Source: a virus (taxonomy: Duplodnaviria; Caudoviricetes). From it: a DNA stretch of 33,326 bases. Under the pieces are notes generated by a model that had not been told where the DNA came from, made no database searches, and worked only from the letters and a program-made list of their open reading frames with translations. Both the position numbers and the translations under genes were made by a program. Location of the stretch: IMG/VR virus record IMGVR_UViG_3300025270_002291, positions 1 to 33,326 of that record, one strand, 5' to 3'. The first letter of the stretch is position 1. Each line of letters starts with the position of its first letter. This document shows positions 16,335 through 27,200 of the stretch, one piece after another.

Positions 16335-16586
16335 ATGCTTCATTATCAGTATGGCGGCTTAATACAAGCTTTCCCGCTACACAAAGATACTGCACAGGCA
16401 ACGTTTACTAACTACGACATTTCCAACAGTGATTTAAATGTATTGCGAATGCAATCTGCTGGAACGGTAACGCTTAGTTTTGAAGGTGGTGGCAGTAAAA
16501 CCATTAATGCTTTAGCTGGATCTGATTTTTCTCTAGGTAAAGAGGTAATCAGTGTGACCACCAGTGTCGAAGCGATGTTGAGTTAA
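16335..16586 (+). CDS. 83-aa beta-rich virion protein; candidate head-spike base
   Basis: AGAGGA RBS; VLRMQSAGTVTLSFEGGGSKTINALAG resembles the RcGTA spike-base pattern (function inferred). Confidence 0.6.
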   Translation: MLHYQYGGLIQAFPLHKDTAQATFTNYDISNSDLNVLRMQSAGTVTLSFEGGGSKTINALAGSDFSLGKEVISVTTSVEAMLS

Positions 16587-16590
16587 CAAC

Positions 16591-16899
16591 ATGGCGTTTG
16601 ATACATCAGAATTAGATGAGGCTTGTCTTGATGCCGGTTTTAGTGATGAAGCTGAAATTACGGTGGATGGTGAGAGTGTCATTGTGCCTGTTGTTTTTGA
16701 GATTGGCCCTGAGTATGAAAACGACGAAGGGGTAAAAATCAAAGTCGGTGACAGAATTGCTGCCGGTACCACAACAGACAATGCCAAGCTGTTTAAGCGT
16801 GGCATGATCGTGACTATCCTCGCTAAATCATACAAAGTGTCTGGATTTGAACCGGATGGTGCAACTTGGGTTAATGTGCTGCTGGATAAAGTGTTATGA
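16591..16899 (+). CDS. Head-tail joining protein (gpFII-like)
   Basis: Size, position and C-terminal YKV...EPDGATWVNVLL. Confidence 0.7.
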   Translation: MAFDTSELDEACLDAGFSDEAEITVDGESVIVPVVFEIGPEYENDEGVKIKVGDRIAAGTTTDNAKLFKRGMIVTILAKSYKVSGFEPDGATWVNVLLDKVL

Positions 16900-17309
16900 G
16901 AATAATCCCTATCATCAAGCGTCTGAAAGAAGAGGTGGCCTTACTTGAAGAGCGTGTCGAACCGGCAACCGATTTAATGGCTATTGATGATGATGAGATC
17001 ATAACGGGTACGCCTATCTGTTTTGTGCATGCTTTAGATGAAAAATCAGAAGAGAGTACAACGATTGGCTCTGTTCAGCAGTGGGGATTGGATAAATTTC
17101 GTTTATTAATGATGGCCGATAATATCAATCTTGAGACTGAGCAAGAGCCGATGGAAGATCTGAAAGATCAGGTCGATGAAGCGTTACTTGGTTGGAAAAT
17201 GCCGGGTGATTATGGTTTTGTGGAATTTGTTGAAGGTGGGGTTATTAATATCAGCGGTGACAAGGTGATATGGGCTTCGACATACAAGGTTGAGCGTGAA
17301 AGGGATTAA
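16896..17309 (+). CDS. Tail terminator protein
   Basis: LKDQVDEALLGWKMP motif; acidic; neck region position. Confidence 0.7.
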   Translation: MRIIPIIKRLKEEVALLEERVEPATDLMAIDDDEIITGTPICFVHALDEKSEESTTIGSVQQWGLDKFRLLMMADNINLETEQEPMEDLKDQVDEALLGWKMPGDYGFVEFVEGGVINISGDKVIWASTYKVERERD

Positions 17310-17314
17310 TTTTA

Positions 17315-17902
17315 ATGGATGTTTTGGTCAGTAACTTTGATAAGGCAAAACAGCAATTTGATCCTAAAATTGCCATAGCCGCGATGAATGCGGCGCTGAA
17401 CAAAGCTATTGTTACTGTTAGAAAAGAAACATCGAAACAAATCACGTCTGAATATGCAATAAAAGCACGTGATATTAAAAAAACCATGAGTGTGCAGCGG
17501 TCAAACTTTAATACGTTGACTTCACAATTAACATCAGCCGATGTGCGCTTGGCTTTATCGCTTTTTAACCCCACCCAAAAACGTGAAGGGGTAACGGTTA
17601 AGGTAAAGAAGAAGCAACCACGACAAATTTTAAAGCATGCATTTGTGGCGACCATGAAAAGCGGTCACGTTGGGGTGTTCACTACCTATCGAAAAACCAT
17701 CAGAAAGGTAAGGCGGCGTAAGGGGGTACCCAGAAGAGGGCCATTGCCTAATCGCAGTGAGTTACCTATTGACGAAGCGATTACAGTGGCTGTTCCTCAA
17801 ATGTGGGATATTCACGCCTCTGAATTGGTGGCAAAAGCACGGGTGCCTGTCGTGTTTACGCAGGAAATGAATTACAGATTGAGTCGCGCTGCAAAGCGAT
17901 AA
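17315..17902 (+). CDS. Minor tail/tail completion protein (gpZ-like)
   Basis: Basic; ALNKA...I..EYAIK and HAFVATMKSGHVGVF motifs. Confidence 0.8.
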   Translation: MDVLVSNFDKAKQQFDPKIAIAAMNAALNKAIVTVRKETSKQITSEYAIKARDIKKTMSVQRSNFNTLTSQLTSADVRLALSLFNPTQKREGVTVKVKKKQPRQILKHAFVATMKSGHVGVFTTYRKTIRKVRRRKGVPRRGPLPNRSELPIDEAITVAVPQMWDIHASELVAKARVPVVFTQEMNYRLSRAAKR

Positions 17903-17920
17903 AAAATTTAATGTAGATAA

Positions 17921-17953
17921 AGGGTGGTGTCGAAAGGTACCGCCCTTTTTTTT
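17921..17953 (+). terminator. Rho-independent terminator
   Basis: GGGTGGTGTC-GAAA-GGTACCGCCC followed by a T run. Confidence 0.7.
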
Positions 17954-17965
17954 GGAGAAAATCCT

Positions 17966-18178
17966 ATGGCAAAAGCGGTTGTGACAGAGCAGGAAGCGGC
18001 TCTGGTTGATGTTGTCTTGAATAAACCAGGTGTTAAGGCATGCGGTAATTATCTGGCTGGCAAGGTTTATTCGGTATCCAGTCAGGAAGCAAAACGGTTA
18101 ACGGAGGTGAAAGGGTTTACGCAAGTAACACCCGGTCAGGAAAGCGCCTCAAATCTGAACAAAGTTGATAAGGGGTAA
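17966..18178 (+). CDS. Small hypothetical phage protein
   Basis: GGAG RBS then ATG 17966; YxV...EAKRL...KGF motif. Confidence 0.75.
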   Translation: MAKAVVTEQEAALVDVVLNKPGVKACGNYLAGKVYSVSSQEAKRLTEVKGFTQVTPGQESASNLNKVDKG

Positions 18179-18184
18179 TAATAG

Positions 18185-19162
18185 ATGGGAAATCCAAAAG
18201 GTAGTGAAGCAGGTTTTACCCTGTTTGAAGAGACAGCATTCGGACAAGCGCCAGCGGTACCAGATGGTGTGAAGTTGCATTTAGTGACCTTTGGTTTAAC
18301 AGAATCGCAAGAGCTGATTGAAGATGAAACCATAGGCGCGGGTCGCGGCGTAAATGAGTCGATGTTGGGTGATATCACTGATGATGGTGATTTAACGGGC
18401 AACTTAAACGCGATGGGTCATTGCTTCCTGATTAAACACCTATTAGGTGCTGTATCAACAACAGGTACGGGACCATACACGCACGAATTTACTATTGGTA
18501 ATTTGCCTGCTGGTGCCTTGTTAGAGCTGGATAACGGTCCAAACCTGGCTGGTGCCTCTCGATATACACAAAATCTTGGTAGACGCTTTACAGCGGGTTC
18601 GTTTGAGTTTGCCGATAAAGGTCCGTGTAAGTTCACCATTAATACGGTTGGCAAAAAAGTCGCCAAGTCAGCCACACCACTTGATGCCACGCCCACAGAT
18701 TATGGGCATACCGCCTTATCTATGTTTAGTGCGGCATTAGAGGTGGATGGCAGCGCCTTTGCTCATGCTAAAACAATCTCCTTGAATATCGATAATGAAG
18801 TTCAGCCTGATGAAAGTCGTGTTGTAGGTGGACTTGGCACTATTCAAGCCGCTGATGAGGGGCGGGGTAAGGTTACAGGCTCAATGACCGGTATATATAA
18901 CGCCGCGAGTCAGGCATTGATTGATCTTGCTTTTGCCGATCAATCCAGCAGCTTGAAAATTACCTTATCCAAAGGTGATGGATTAGGCTCGGCGGGTAAT
19001 GAAAGTATTGAGTTCCTTATCCCTAACTTAAAGTTCGGTCCGGTTGTGCCTGGTGTTGAAGGCCCTGCTGGTCGTAGTTTCTCTGTTGATTTTTCAGCCT
19101 TTGCTCAAGGTAGTGATCTCGGTATAAAAGTCACGGTTAAAAATTCAATCGAAACAATCTGA
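18185..19162 (+). CDS. Major tail tube protein
   Basis: EETAFGQAP, GPYTHEF and V.GPAG motifs; 325 aa; upstream of chaperones and TMP. Confidence 0.85.
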   Translation: MGNPKGSEAGFTLFEETAFGQAPAVPDGVKLHLVTFGLTESQELIEDETIGAGRGVNESMLGDITDDGDLTGNLNAMGHCFLIKHLLGAVSTTGTGPYTHEFTIGNLPAGALLELDNGPNLAGASRYTQNLGRRFTAGSFEFADKGPCKFTINTVGKKVAKSATPLDATPTDYGHTALSMFSAALEVDGSAFAHAKTISLNIDNEVQPDESRVVGGLGTIQAADEGRGKVTGSMTGIYNAASQALIDLAFADQSSSLKITLSKGDGLGSAGNESIEFLIPNLKFGPVVPGVEGPAGRSFSVDFSAFAQGSDLGIKVTVKNSIETI

Positions 19163-19185
19163 TCATTGTTTTTATGCTGACAAAT

Positions 19186-19210
19186 AGCTCGCTTTATGCG
19201 GGCTTTTTTT
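19186..19210 (+). terminator. Rho-independent terminator
   Basis: AGCTCGC-TTTAT-GCGGGC followed by T7. Confidence 0.7.
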
Positions 19211-19223
19211 ATGGGAAAAAGAA

Positions 19224-19565
19224 ATGTTTAAAGTCGTTGAAATTACATCGCTTTTATGGCCTGTCACAATCATTGTCCCGCGTGAGGATGGTTCAGGAGA
19301 GCATGACGAACACCAAGTTAAGGTTAAGTATAAGGTCTATGAAACTGATGGTTTGTTAGAGGAAGTTGATGGTCAAAGCCGTGTCAAGGATTTGAAAATT
19401 ATTGATCAAATACTTGGTTGGGATGACATCTATGAAGCAGATGGATCGCCCATGCCATTCACCAAAGCTAACCTGAAAAAAGTGTTCAAAACACCATACA
19501 TAGCCAGAGCGTTTATAGATGGCTTTTGGTTGTGTCAAGAGGGCTACCAAGGAAAAAACTCCTAG
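19224..19565 (+). CDS. Tail assembly chaperone (gpG-like)
   Basis: ILGWDDI...DG..PF...NL motif; ends GKNS over a slippery site. Confidence 0.85.
   Translation: MFKVVEITSLLWPVTIIVPREDGSGEHDEHQVKVKYKVYETDGLLEEVDGQSRVKDLKIIDQILGWDDIYEADGSPMPFTKANLKKVFKTPYIARAFIDGFWLCQEGYQGKNS
19553..19559 (+). other. -1 programmed ribosomal frameshift site A AAA AAC
   Basis: X XXY YYZ heptamer in frame at the end of gpG; the -1 frame is open to 19912. Confidence 0.8.
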
Positions 19566-19912
19566 ATTGTGTTCGCTGGTTATTGCCACCGATTAAGGAT
19601 GAGGTAACAGAGTCTTACTGTGCTGAGTTCTGCCAGCGATCACATGCCCATTCTCCCCCATGTAAGGCGTGTCCACGCCCTGTTTTATACAAAGAAAACC
19701 TTGATGCCTTCAATTTATTTATGGCTTGTCAGACGCAGTTCCGACAAGGGCCAGATGGCCGCACGGGGTTTGATTATCCAGCCGTGAAAATGGTGGCTGA
19801 AACATTAAGCATCACATGGGATGAAAAGCTGCTTAACAAGATACGAATCTTGGAATCAGCACTGTTAAATCACCCGGCTTCATCACAGGAAGAGACATCA
19901 GATGGCGAGTAA
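19553..19912 (+). CDS. Tail assembly chaperone gpT part (DUF1799-like), read as a gpGT fusion
   Basis: EN..AF.LF....TQFR.G..G.TGFDYPAV...IRILE..L motif; no good independent start. Confidence 0.8.
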   Translation, partial: KKLLDCVRWLLPPIKDEVTESYCAEFCQRSHAHSPPCKACPRPVLYKENLDAFNLFMACQTQFRQGPDGRTGFDYPAVKMVAETLSITWDEKLLNKIRILESALLNHPASSQEETSDGE

Positions 19913-22900
19913 AGTTGTCGTTGGTATTCGGCTGCAAGCGGATAATGTCGGTGCTTTTGTTGCAAGCAATCGCACCGCTCAAAGTTCGTTAGCCAAAACA
20001 AAGAAAAGTGCTGTATCTGCCAGCCAAGGTGTGATCACCTTATCGTCAGCAGCTACACAAGCAAGTTCTGTGTTGCGGACAGTGTTTGGGGTGGGTGTGG
20101 CTGCGGGAGTGGTTGCGCTAGGTAAAACGGCGCTCACGTCTGCTGATCAGTTCCGTGTGCTTGAAGCAAGGATCAGAGTCGCTACCATTGCAACGGGTGA
20201 TTATGAGGCCGTATCCGGTCGTTTATTCCTGATTTCTCAGCGTAACGGTACATCGCTTAGAGAAACCATCAAGCTGTTTCAAAACCTGGCAAGGGTAGCC
20301 CCTGAACTAGATGCAAATAACGATCAGATGATCGAAATGCTGGATCTGGTGCAAAAGGTCGGTGTGACTTCTGGTGCATCGTTTGATGACATGAAGTTCG
20401 CCATGCGTCAGTTTGGACAGTCAATGGCGTCTGGTATTGTCCGAGCGGAAGAATTTAACTCTATTGTTGAAAACGTGCCTGAGCTGGCTTTCCAGATTGC
20501 TAAAGGCATGAATACGACCGTGGGTCAGTTAAGGCTTGCTGTGGTTGAGGGACGCGTTTTATCCAAAGAGGTCTTTACGGCCATCAATAGTCAGGCGGAT
20601 GAAATCAATCTGATTTTCAGAGGGTTCCCACGGGCGCTTGAGCAAACCACGACGGCGTTAAATTCGGGCTTTAGCCGTGCTTTGTCAAAAGTGAATGAAA
20701 AGCTGAGTTATGGTACTGATGAGTTTGCAGAAACCATCGATAATATTGCTCAGGCGTTGTCATCCTTCGCTGAAAATGAAGAGGCCATTGATAGTGTTGT
20801 AGAAACCATCGAAGATTTAACGGCTGCGGGTAAAGTGTTGGTGTCAACTTACCTGGCGTTTAAAGCCGGTGGTTTGATTGTTAATGGCTTTGTCTCTTTG
20901 CGTGGTCAGGTAAGAAGTGTAAGACAAGAGATTTTAGCCCTAAATGGTGCTGCAGTTACCGCTTCCACTTCGTTAAAAACAGCGACCGCCTTTACCCCGG
21001 TTGCTAAGCGTTCAGCTCCTGGTCTGGGTATGTTTGGCGGCGTAGCAGGTAATCAATATCCTGCTGGTTTTGGTGTGCTAAGAAGCGCTGCACAGGCTGC
21101 GCCTATTAATAAAACAACTGCAGCGGTCAGAGGGTTAAGCGCAGCCAGTGCGGCGGCTATTAGCGTGCTGGGTGGTTGGCCGGTGGTATTAACCGCTGCT
21201 GGGGTGGCTGCGGCATCTTATGCGGCCTCTACGTTATTCGCTAAAGAAGAAACCGAAGACTTTGAAAAAACCTTGCTTGAGCTGGACGGCAAAATTGGTC
21301 AGCTTCGATTAAGACAACTTAACACCAGTCTTGAAAACTATGAAGAAAAGCTAACCGAGGCTGAGAGCGCCGCGCAACGCTATTTAAATACCAGCGGTCA
21401 AATGTCTCGCGGTCACTCTAAAAACAGCGAAGAATTTAAACGCATGCAGGGTGAGATAACTACCCTGACAAGCATTGTTGAACGTTACAAAAAAGAAATC
21501 AGTGATATCAATGCGGCTAATGATGAATTAGCCAAACAGGCTGGACTATCACCTGAAACTGAGTACTCAGAAGAGTTTTTAAATAAATTATCTGATGTAA
21601 AACAGGCTCAAAAAGAAGTCGGTTTAAGTAAGCGTGAATTGGCTATTTTATCTCTGGATGGGCTTAAAATTTCAGAGGAAGAAAAAGCCAGATTAGTCGA
21701 TGAAACCAATGCACTTTATGACAAGGTGGATGCCAATAAGGCGCTGACTGAGGCCGAAAAAGAAAAACTGCAAGCGGATAAAAAACGCGAACAGGAACAA
21801 AAGCAGTTTCAGGATCAGGCTAAACAGTTTTCTAAAGCATTAGATGATCAGATTGTTTCTATTCAGCAGTCCATAGTGGCATTAACGCTGGAAGGCCAAG
21901 CCTTAGAGGTGCATAACGCCTTAATGCAAAATGGTTTGCTGACACGGACCAAGCTGTCACAGGCAGATGAAATCCGAAAACAGAAGATCATCGACACAAC
22001 GACAGCGTATTACAACCAAAAACAAGCGGTTGATCAGCTGAATTTATCACTCGATAAAGAGCTGGAAAATCTGGATAAATTCCAGAAACTACGTGATGAG
22101 CTAAACCCGAATACTACCCTAGCCAATCAATATCAGGCTCAACTTGATTTAATCAATAACAACACCACGCCAGGTAGTGACGCTCAGGCAAAACTGCAAG
22201 ATCAGTTATTCCAGAAGTATTCGGATCAAGTGACCTCTGGCTATGATGTGGAGGCGTTCACATTTGAAGAGAAACTGCAAAGCGTTCGTGATGAGTTTGA
22301 GAAACGCCGTCAGATTATTCTTGAAAATGTTGCCTTAACTGAACAGCAAAGAACCGCGCTTGAAGAAGAATTGGCAACAGCGCGTAATCAGCGCCTTAAG
22401 TCACTGGAAGATCAGAAAACACAGGCGATTCTTCAAACCAATACGGCGCTGTTTGGTAATTTGGCTGATATCGCCAAAACCTTTGGTGGTGAGCAGTCAG
22501 GCATTTATAAGGCGCTCTTTGCAGCGTCTAAAGCCTTTGCCATTGCTGAGTCTATTGTGAAGATTCAGCAGGGTATCGCTAATGCCGCCTCTTTACCTTT
22601 CCCAGCCAATCTACCAGCGATGGGAACGGTTATCTCAGCCACGGCAGGGATTGTGTCCACCATCAAAGGCACGTCATTACCTAGCTTTGATGGCGGTGGT
22701 TTTACTGGCTATGGTTCGCGCTCAGGTGGTGAGGACGGTAAGGGTGGTTTTTACGCCATGCTTCATCCAAATGAGGTGGTTACGGATCTGACTAAAAATC
22801 AAGGTTCAAATTCCAGTCGAACAGGTTCGGTCACGATTATTAACAACGGACCGCCTCTCAAGGTGGTGTCAGATAAAACAGTTAATGGTGATCGTCAAAT

Positions 22901-23027
22901 CATTGCAGAAGCCGTTCAACAGGCTAGACAAGCTGTGGCCGCCGATATTGTTAAAGGTGGCAGCAACGTAGCTGAAGCAATGGAAGGCATATACGGCGTT
23001 AAACGGGCACAAGGGGCTAGAAGGTAA
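19902..23027 (+). CDS. Tail tape measure protein
   Basis: RQFGQSMASGIVRAEEFNSIVENVP; long helical Ala/Glu-rich body; C-terminal FDGGGFTG and AMLHPNEVV. Confidence 0.95.
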   Translation: MASKVVVGIRLQADNVGAFVASNRTAQSSLAKTKKSAVSASQGVITLSSAATQASSVLRTVFGVGVAAGVVALGKTALTSADQFRVLEARIRVATIATGDYEAVSGRLFLISQRNGTSLRETIKLFQNLARVAPELDANNDQMIEMLDLVQKVGVTSGASFDDMKFAMRQFGQSMASGIVRAEEFNSIVENVPELAFQIAKGMNTTVGQLRLAVVEGRVLSKEVFTAINSQADEINLIFRGFPRALEQTTTALNSGFSRALSKVNEKLSYGTDEFAETIDNIAQALSSFAENEEAIDSVVETIEDLTAAGKVLVSTYLAFKAGGLIVNGFVSLRGQVRSVRQEILALNGAAVTASTSLKTATAFTPVAKRSAPGLGMFGGVAGNQYPAGFGVLRSAAQAAPINKTTAAVRGLSAASAAAISVLGGWPVVLTAAGVAAASYAASTLFAKEETEDFEKTLLELDGKIGQLRLRQLNTSLENYEEKLTEAESAAQRYLNTSGQMSRGHSKNSEEFKRMQGEITTLTSIVERYKKEISDINAANDELAKQAGLSPETEYSEEFLNKLSDVKQAQKEVGLSKRELAILSLDGLKISEEEKARLVDETNALYDKVDANKALTEAEKEKLQADKKREQEQKQFQDQAKQFSKALDDQIVSIQQSIVALTLEGQALEVHNALMQNGLLTRTKLSQADEIRKQKIIDTTTAYYNQKQAVDQLNLSLDKELENLDKFQKLRDELNPNTTLANQYQAQLDLINNNTTPGSDAQAKLQDQLFQKYSDQVTSGYDVEAFTFEEKLQSVRDEFEKRRQIILENVALTEQQRTALEEELATARNQRLKSLEDQKTQAILQTNTALFGNLADIAKTFGGEQSGIYKALFAASKAFAIAESIVKIQQGIANAASLPFPANLPAMGTVISATAGIVSTIKGTSLPSFDGGGFTGYGSRSGGEDGKGGFYAMLHPNEVVTDLTKNQGSNSSRTGSVTIINNGPPLKVVSDKTVNGDRQIIAEAVQQARQAVAADIVKGGSNVAEAMEGIYGVKRAQGARR

Positions 23028-23383
23028 TGGCAACAATTACATGGCCTTCAACGCTGCCTAAAGCGTCTGTGAGTGGGTACCAGAGAAAACGCGGCGATGG
23101 CCGGGTGATCACCAAGCCAGAGCAAGGACCGAGACGTATCAGAAAACGTTTTGAGAACGTACCTGATGAATACAGCTTGTCCTTTGTTATGAACTTACAG
23201 CAGTTGGCTATCTGGAATGATTTATGGGATGACGATCTCAATGGCGGGGTGAATTATTTAACGGTACCCGTTATTGAAAACGGGGTTGAGTCAAATGTAA
23301 CGGTTCAAATCATTGAGGTATCACCTGAAACGCCGATCCGTGGCCGTTTATTTAGAGTCAGCATGCAGGTAGAAACCGTATGA
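23027..23383 (+). CDS. Distal tail protein (gpM-like)
   Basis: TWPSTLP and GPRRIRKRF motifs; follows TMP. Confidence 0.75.
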   Translation: MATITWPSTLPKASVSGYQRKRGDGRVITKPEQGPRRIRKRFENVPDEYSLSFVMNLQQLAIWNDLWDDDLNGGVNYLTVPVIENGVESNVTVQIIEVSPETPIRGRLFRVSMQVETV

Positions 23384-23889
23384 GCAGGCCAATAGATACG
23401 ATATTTGCATCGAATCCAAAAGACAAGATTCTTTACCTCACCATTGAGTTGAGTAATCCGGCATTTTCTCCGGTGGCTCACCGACTTGTGCAGGGCTGGA
23501 ATGATTTGACCGCGGGATTAGAAGATGACGCAGCTTATAACGCCGGTGAAATGGTCACATTTAAAGCAGCGGCATTTAAGGTGTCACTACCTGAAAAGGG
23601 TGTTAAAGGCCGACAGGATATGTCCGTGACTATCTACGGGGCGTCATTTGAAATTAATGAACAACTTGAATTACAGGCTAAATCCAATCGTGAGCCTGTA
23701 AAGATCACGATTCGTGAGTATGAGTCAGGTGATTTAAGTAAACCAGCATCAGATCCCATCACAATGACTGTGATCAATCCTAAGTCCATTGATGAATCGG
23801 TCACGTTTTCGGCCACTTTTGCCGACGTGGTCAATAAAGCGTTTCCATCGATCGTTTATAAGCTTTCAACTCATCCGGGGTTAGCGTGA
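23380..23889 (+). CDS. Tail tip protein (DUF1833/gpL-like)
   Basis: TIELSNPAF, REYES.DLS.P, NKAFP...Y....HPGL motifs. Confidence 0.85.
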   Translation: MSRPIDTIFASNPKDKILYLTIELSNPAFSPVAHRLVQGWNDLTAGLEDDAAYNAGEMVTFKAAAFKVSLPEKGVKGRQDMSVTIYGASFEINEQLELQAKSNREPVKITIREYESGDLSKPASDPITMTVINPKSIDESVTFSATFADVVNKAFPSIVYKLSTHPGLA

Positions 23890-24287
23890 TGCCTTGGTGG
23901 CCTAATTATGTCGGTCTTGAATGGGAACCCTACGCTACAGGGCCAGATAAATACGATTGTTGGGGGCTGGTTAATCACTGCTTAAAAACGCATTACGGTA
24001 TTGAGGTGAAGCGTTATATCGATATTCATACAGACGATAAAAAAGCCTTTCACCTGGCGGTAGAAGAGCAATTAAATACGGGGCATTGGATAGCGTTAGA
24101 CAAGCCAAAAGAGGGCTGTCTGGTGCTGATGTCAAAAGACAGGCTTATTCACCATATCGGCATTTTTGTCGATGGTGGAGTCTTGCATGCCCGAGATGGA
24201 GTTGAAGTCTGTAAAGAGTCTTTAGATAAATTAAAAACACTGGGTTTTAAACGATTCGAGTTTTGTATTCATGACAGCATTAATTAA
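23886..24287 (+). CDS. NlpC/P60 tail assembly protein (gpK-like)
   Basis: YDCWGLV, HIGIF and VLHA catalytic motifs. Confidence 0.9.
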   Translation: MMPWWPNYVGLEWEPYATGPDKYDCWGLVNHCLKTHYGIEVKRYIDIHTDDKKAFHLAVEEQLNTGHWIALDKPKEGCLVLMSKDRLIHHIGIFVDGGVLHARDGVEVCKESLDKLKTLGFKRFEFCIHDSIN

Positions 24288-27200
24288 AGTTTTAGAGTCA
24301 CCGCTGAATGCTCACAATGGCGATGAGATCAATGTTGATGCTGGTCACACCATTGATCAAACACTCAGCAAAGCGTCAAGAACCTATCAAGGACCAACAA
24401 AGACTGTGTTGTGTTACCTGAATGGGCATGAGGTTAAGTCAGGCGAGTGGAAAAGTAAGATCATTGAAAAAGGCGATGTGATTATGCTTTGTCCACGGGT
24501 TCATGGCTTTGATCCATTTACCATTGCGATCATTATCTCTATTGCCTTAGCCGTGGTGGCTTATTCGCTGATATCCGTCCCTACCGTGGATGTTGGCGAC
24601 ACCTTACCTGAGCAAAGCCCCACGTATGACATTGATGCCAGAGGCAATAAGGCACGTCTTAACAAGCCGATACCGGCCAGGTATGGACGACATAGAATTT
24701 ACCCTGACTTTGCATCATCACCATATCGGGAATTTATTGGTGATGATCAGTATTTGTATCAGCTGTTTGCCATCGGACAGGGCGAGTATGAATATGAAGC
24801 GCTAAAAATTGGCGACACGCCCATTGCTAACTTCGATGAGGTGGAATATGCCTTTTATTCACCTGGTCAAAAAATCACACTGTTTCGTGATGCCGTTAAT
24901 GTGTCACCTGATGTCACCAATGCCACGTTGTACGCACCTAATGAAGCGGACTATTCTGGATGGACAGGACCATTTATAGCGAATGATGTCGATACGGTCG
25001 CTGAAGAGTTGGCGATTGATCTCGTTATTCCTAAAGGTTTGTACTATGCCAATGATGATGGTGGATTAGATCAACGTTCAGTGGTTGTTCAGTTTGAATA
25101 TCAAGACGTGGATGAATATGGCACTGGGGTTGGTTCATGGACACTGTTTAAGCATCAAACCTATACCAATGCAACGGTTGATGCGATTAGACGAACACTA
25201 AAAGGCGCGATCACAACAACAACAGGCCGTGTCCAAGTTCGAGGTAAGCGAAATAACAACACCGTAAATGATTATAAGCAGTCTGACGAAATACGCTGGG
25301 TAGGTTTAAAAGCCTATCTTGAATCTAATCAGACGTATAATCACTCCACATGGGCCGTTAAAGCCAGAGCTACCGATAACCTCTCTAATCAAAATGAAAG
25401 ATTATTTAATCTGGTTGCCACAAGAAAACTGCCTATCTGGGACGGTACACAATGGCTGCCAGAGCAGGCAACGCGAAGTATCGCATGGGCTTATTGTGAT
25501 GCGTTAAAAGCCGAATATGGTGGCTTATATACCGATAAAAACTTACCACTCGCCAAGCTCAAAACGCTAGATGATTTGTGGGCTTCCCGTGGCGATTACT
25601 TTGATGGTCAGTTTGATACCAAGATCACCCTATGGGAAGCGCTGAAAAAGATTTGTTTGGTTGGCCGTGCTTATCCGTATCAATACGGCGATCAGTTTGA
25701 CATTATCCGTGATGGCCCAACGCCAGCCAATGTCTATATGTTTAATGGCCGTAATATTTTATCTGGCTCAATGAATGTGACTTACCATACGCCAGATGAA
25801 TATGCCGACGATTCGGTAGAAGTTAAGTATGTCGATCCCAACACATGGGAAGAAGATCCAATCATTGCGGCGGTACCAGGTAGCCCAGCAGAAAGGCCAA
25901 AACAAGTGTCTTTGTTTGGTTGCACAAATCGGATGCAAGCGCATCGTGAAGCCATGTTTATGGCGGCGGTTCAGTATTATCGAAATATTAGTGCCGATTT
26001 TAAAACAGAACTTGATGGACGCGTACTGGATTACCTCGATGGGGCGATTGTCTCTCAGGATATGTCTAAATGGGGTAAAGGTGGTGAAATTGTTGCTGTG
26101 GATGGCAATAAAATCACACTATCCGAGCCGGTAGATTTTGAGCTGACAGGTTCACACCAGATTCTATTTAGACAGGATGATGGTGTTGCTAGTGAGCCGT
26201 TTGAATGTACCTCAGAAGCGAACAGAAACGAGGTAACAGTGCTTGGCACATTGCCTGAGTATTTATACACGGGTGATGACAAAGAAAAAACCTACTATAC
26301 CTTTTCTTCGCCTGTTTCTATTCCACGGTCGATGCTGGTCCAGAACGTGCAATCATCCGGTGATATGGAAGTGCAGATCAGTACTGTGCTGGATAACCCG
26401 ATTGTTCATACCTTTGATGAGTTAATCAATAACGGCACGATAGTTACTACGCCCGCCGTGGAAGCAAAAGAAGAGCCTATCTTTGCGATCACGAATTTAA
26501 TTGTGGTGCAAACAGGTACAGTAACCGATCCTAAGTTAATGCTTTCATGGTCACCAGCGGCAAAGGCATTACGCTATCTGGTTGATGTTTCCTATGACGA
26601 AGGCGCGACATGGAGTAGAGCGGCAACCGTTGCCACTAATGGTGTCACGATATCCGTATTACCTGGCACAGTCGATGTGCGAATTGCCCCACAAAACGAT
26701 GAAATAGGCCAGTGGTTCCAAAGGCAAGTAGAGGTGGGTTCTGAGTTTGCCAAGCCTGAACCACCGACCGGATTGGTACTAAAAACGCCTTTTGTCGGCA
26801 CGTCAGCAACAGTGGAGTGGTCAGATCAGCCTACGGCAGCGGCTTGGTTTGTTGAAGTATCAGATCTCATCGGTGAGGTGAAATACTCAGAAAACAGTAA
26901 TAAAACCGAATTTTCTTTTACCTATGCTCAAGCAGCCACGTATGGCATTGGCCGCGAATTTGATATCACCGTTTATTCGGTGAATGGAAATGGCGTACTG
27001 AGCGATACCGGCACCACGCTAAGGGTTAAAAACAATCAGGTTCAGAAAATCACGGGTGTCACGATCAGAAGCATTGTTGACCAGCTGGTGATTGAGTGGC
27101 AGCAACCGACAGAGGCTGATTTCGACCATATCAGGCTATATGCCAGCCAAACAGAAGGCTTTATACCTGGCACAAGTAATCTGATAGAGCCGAATATTCG

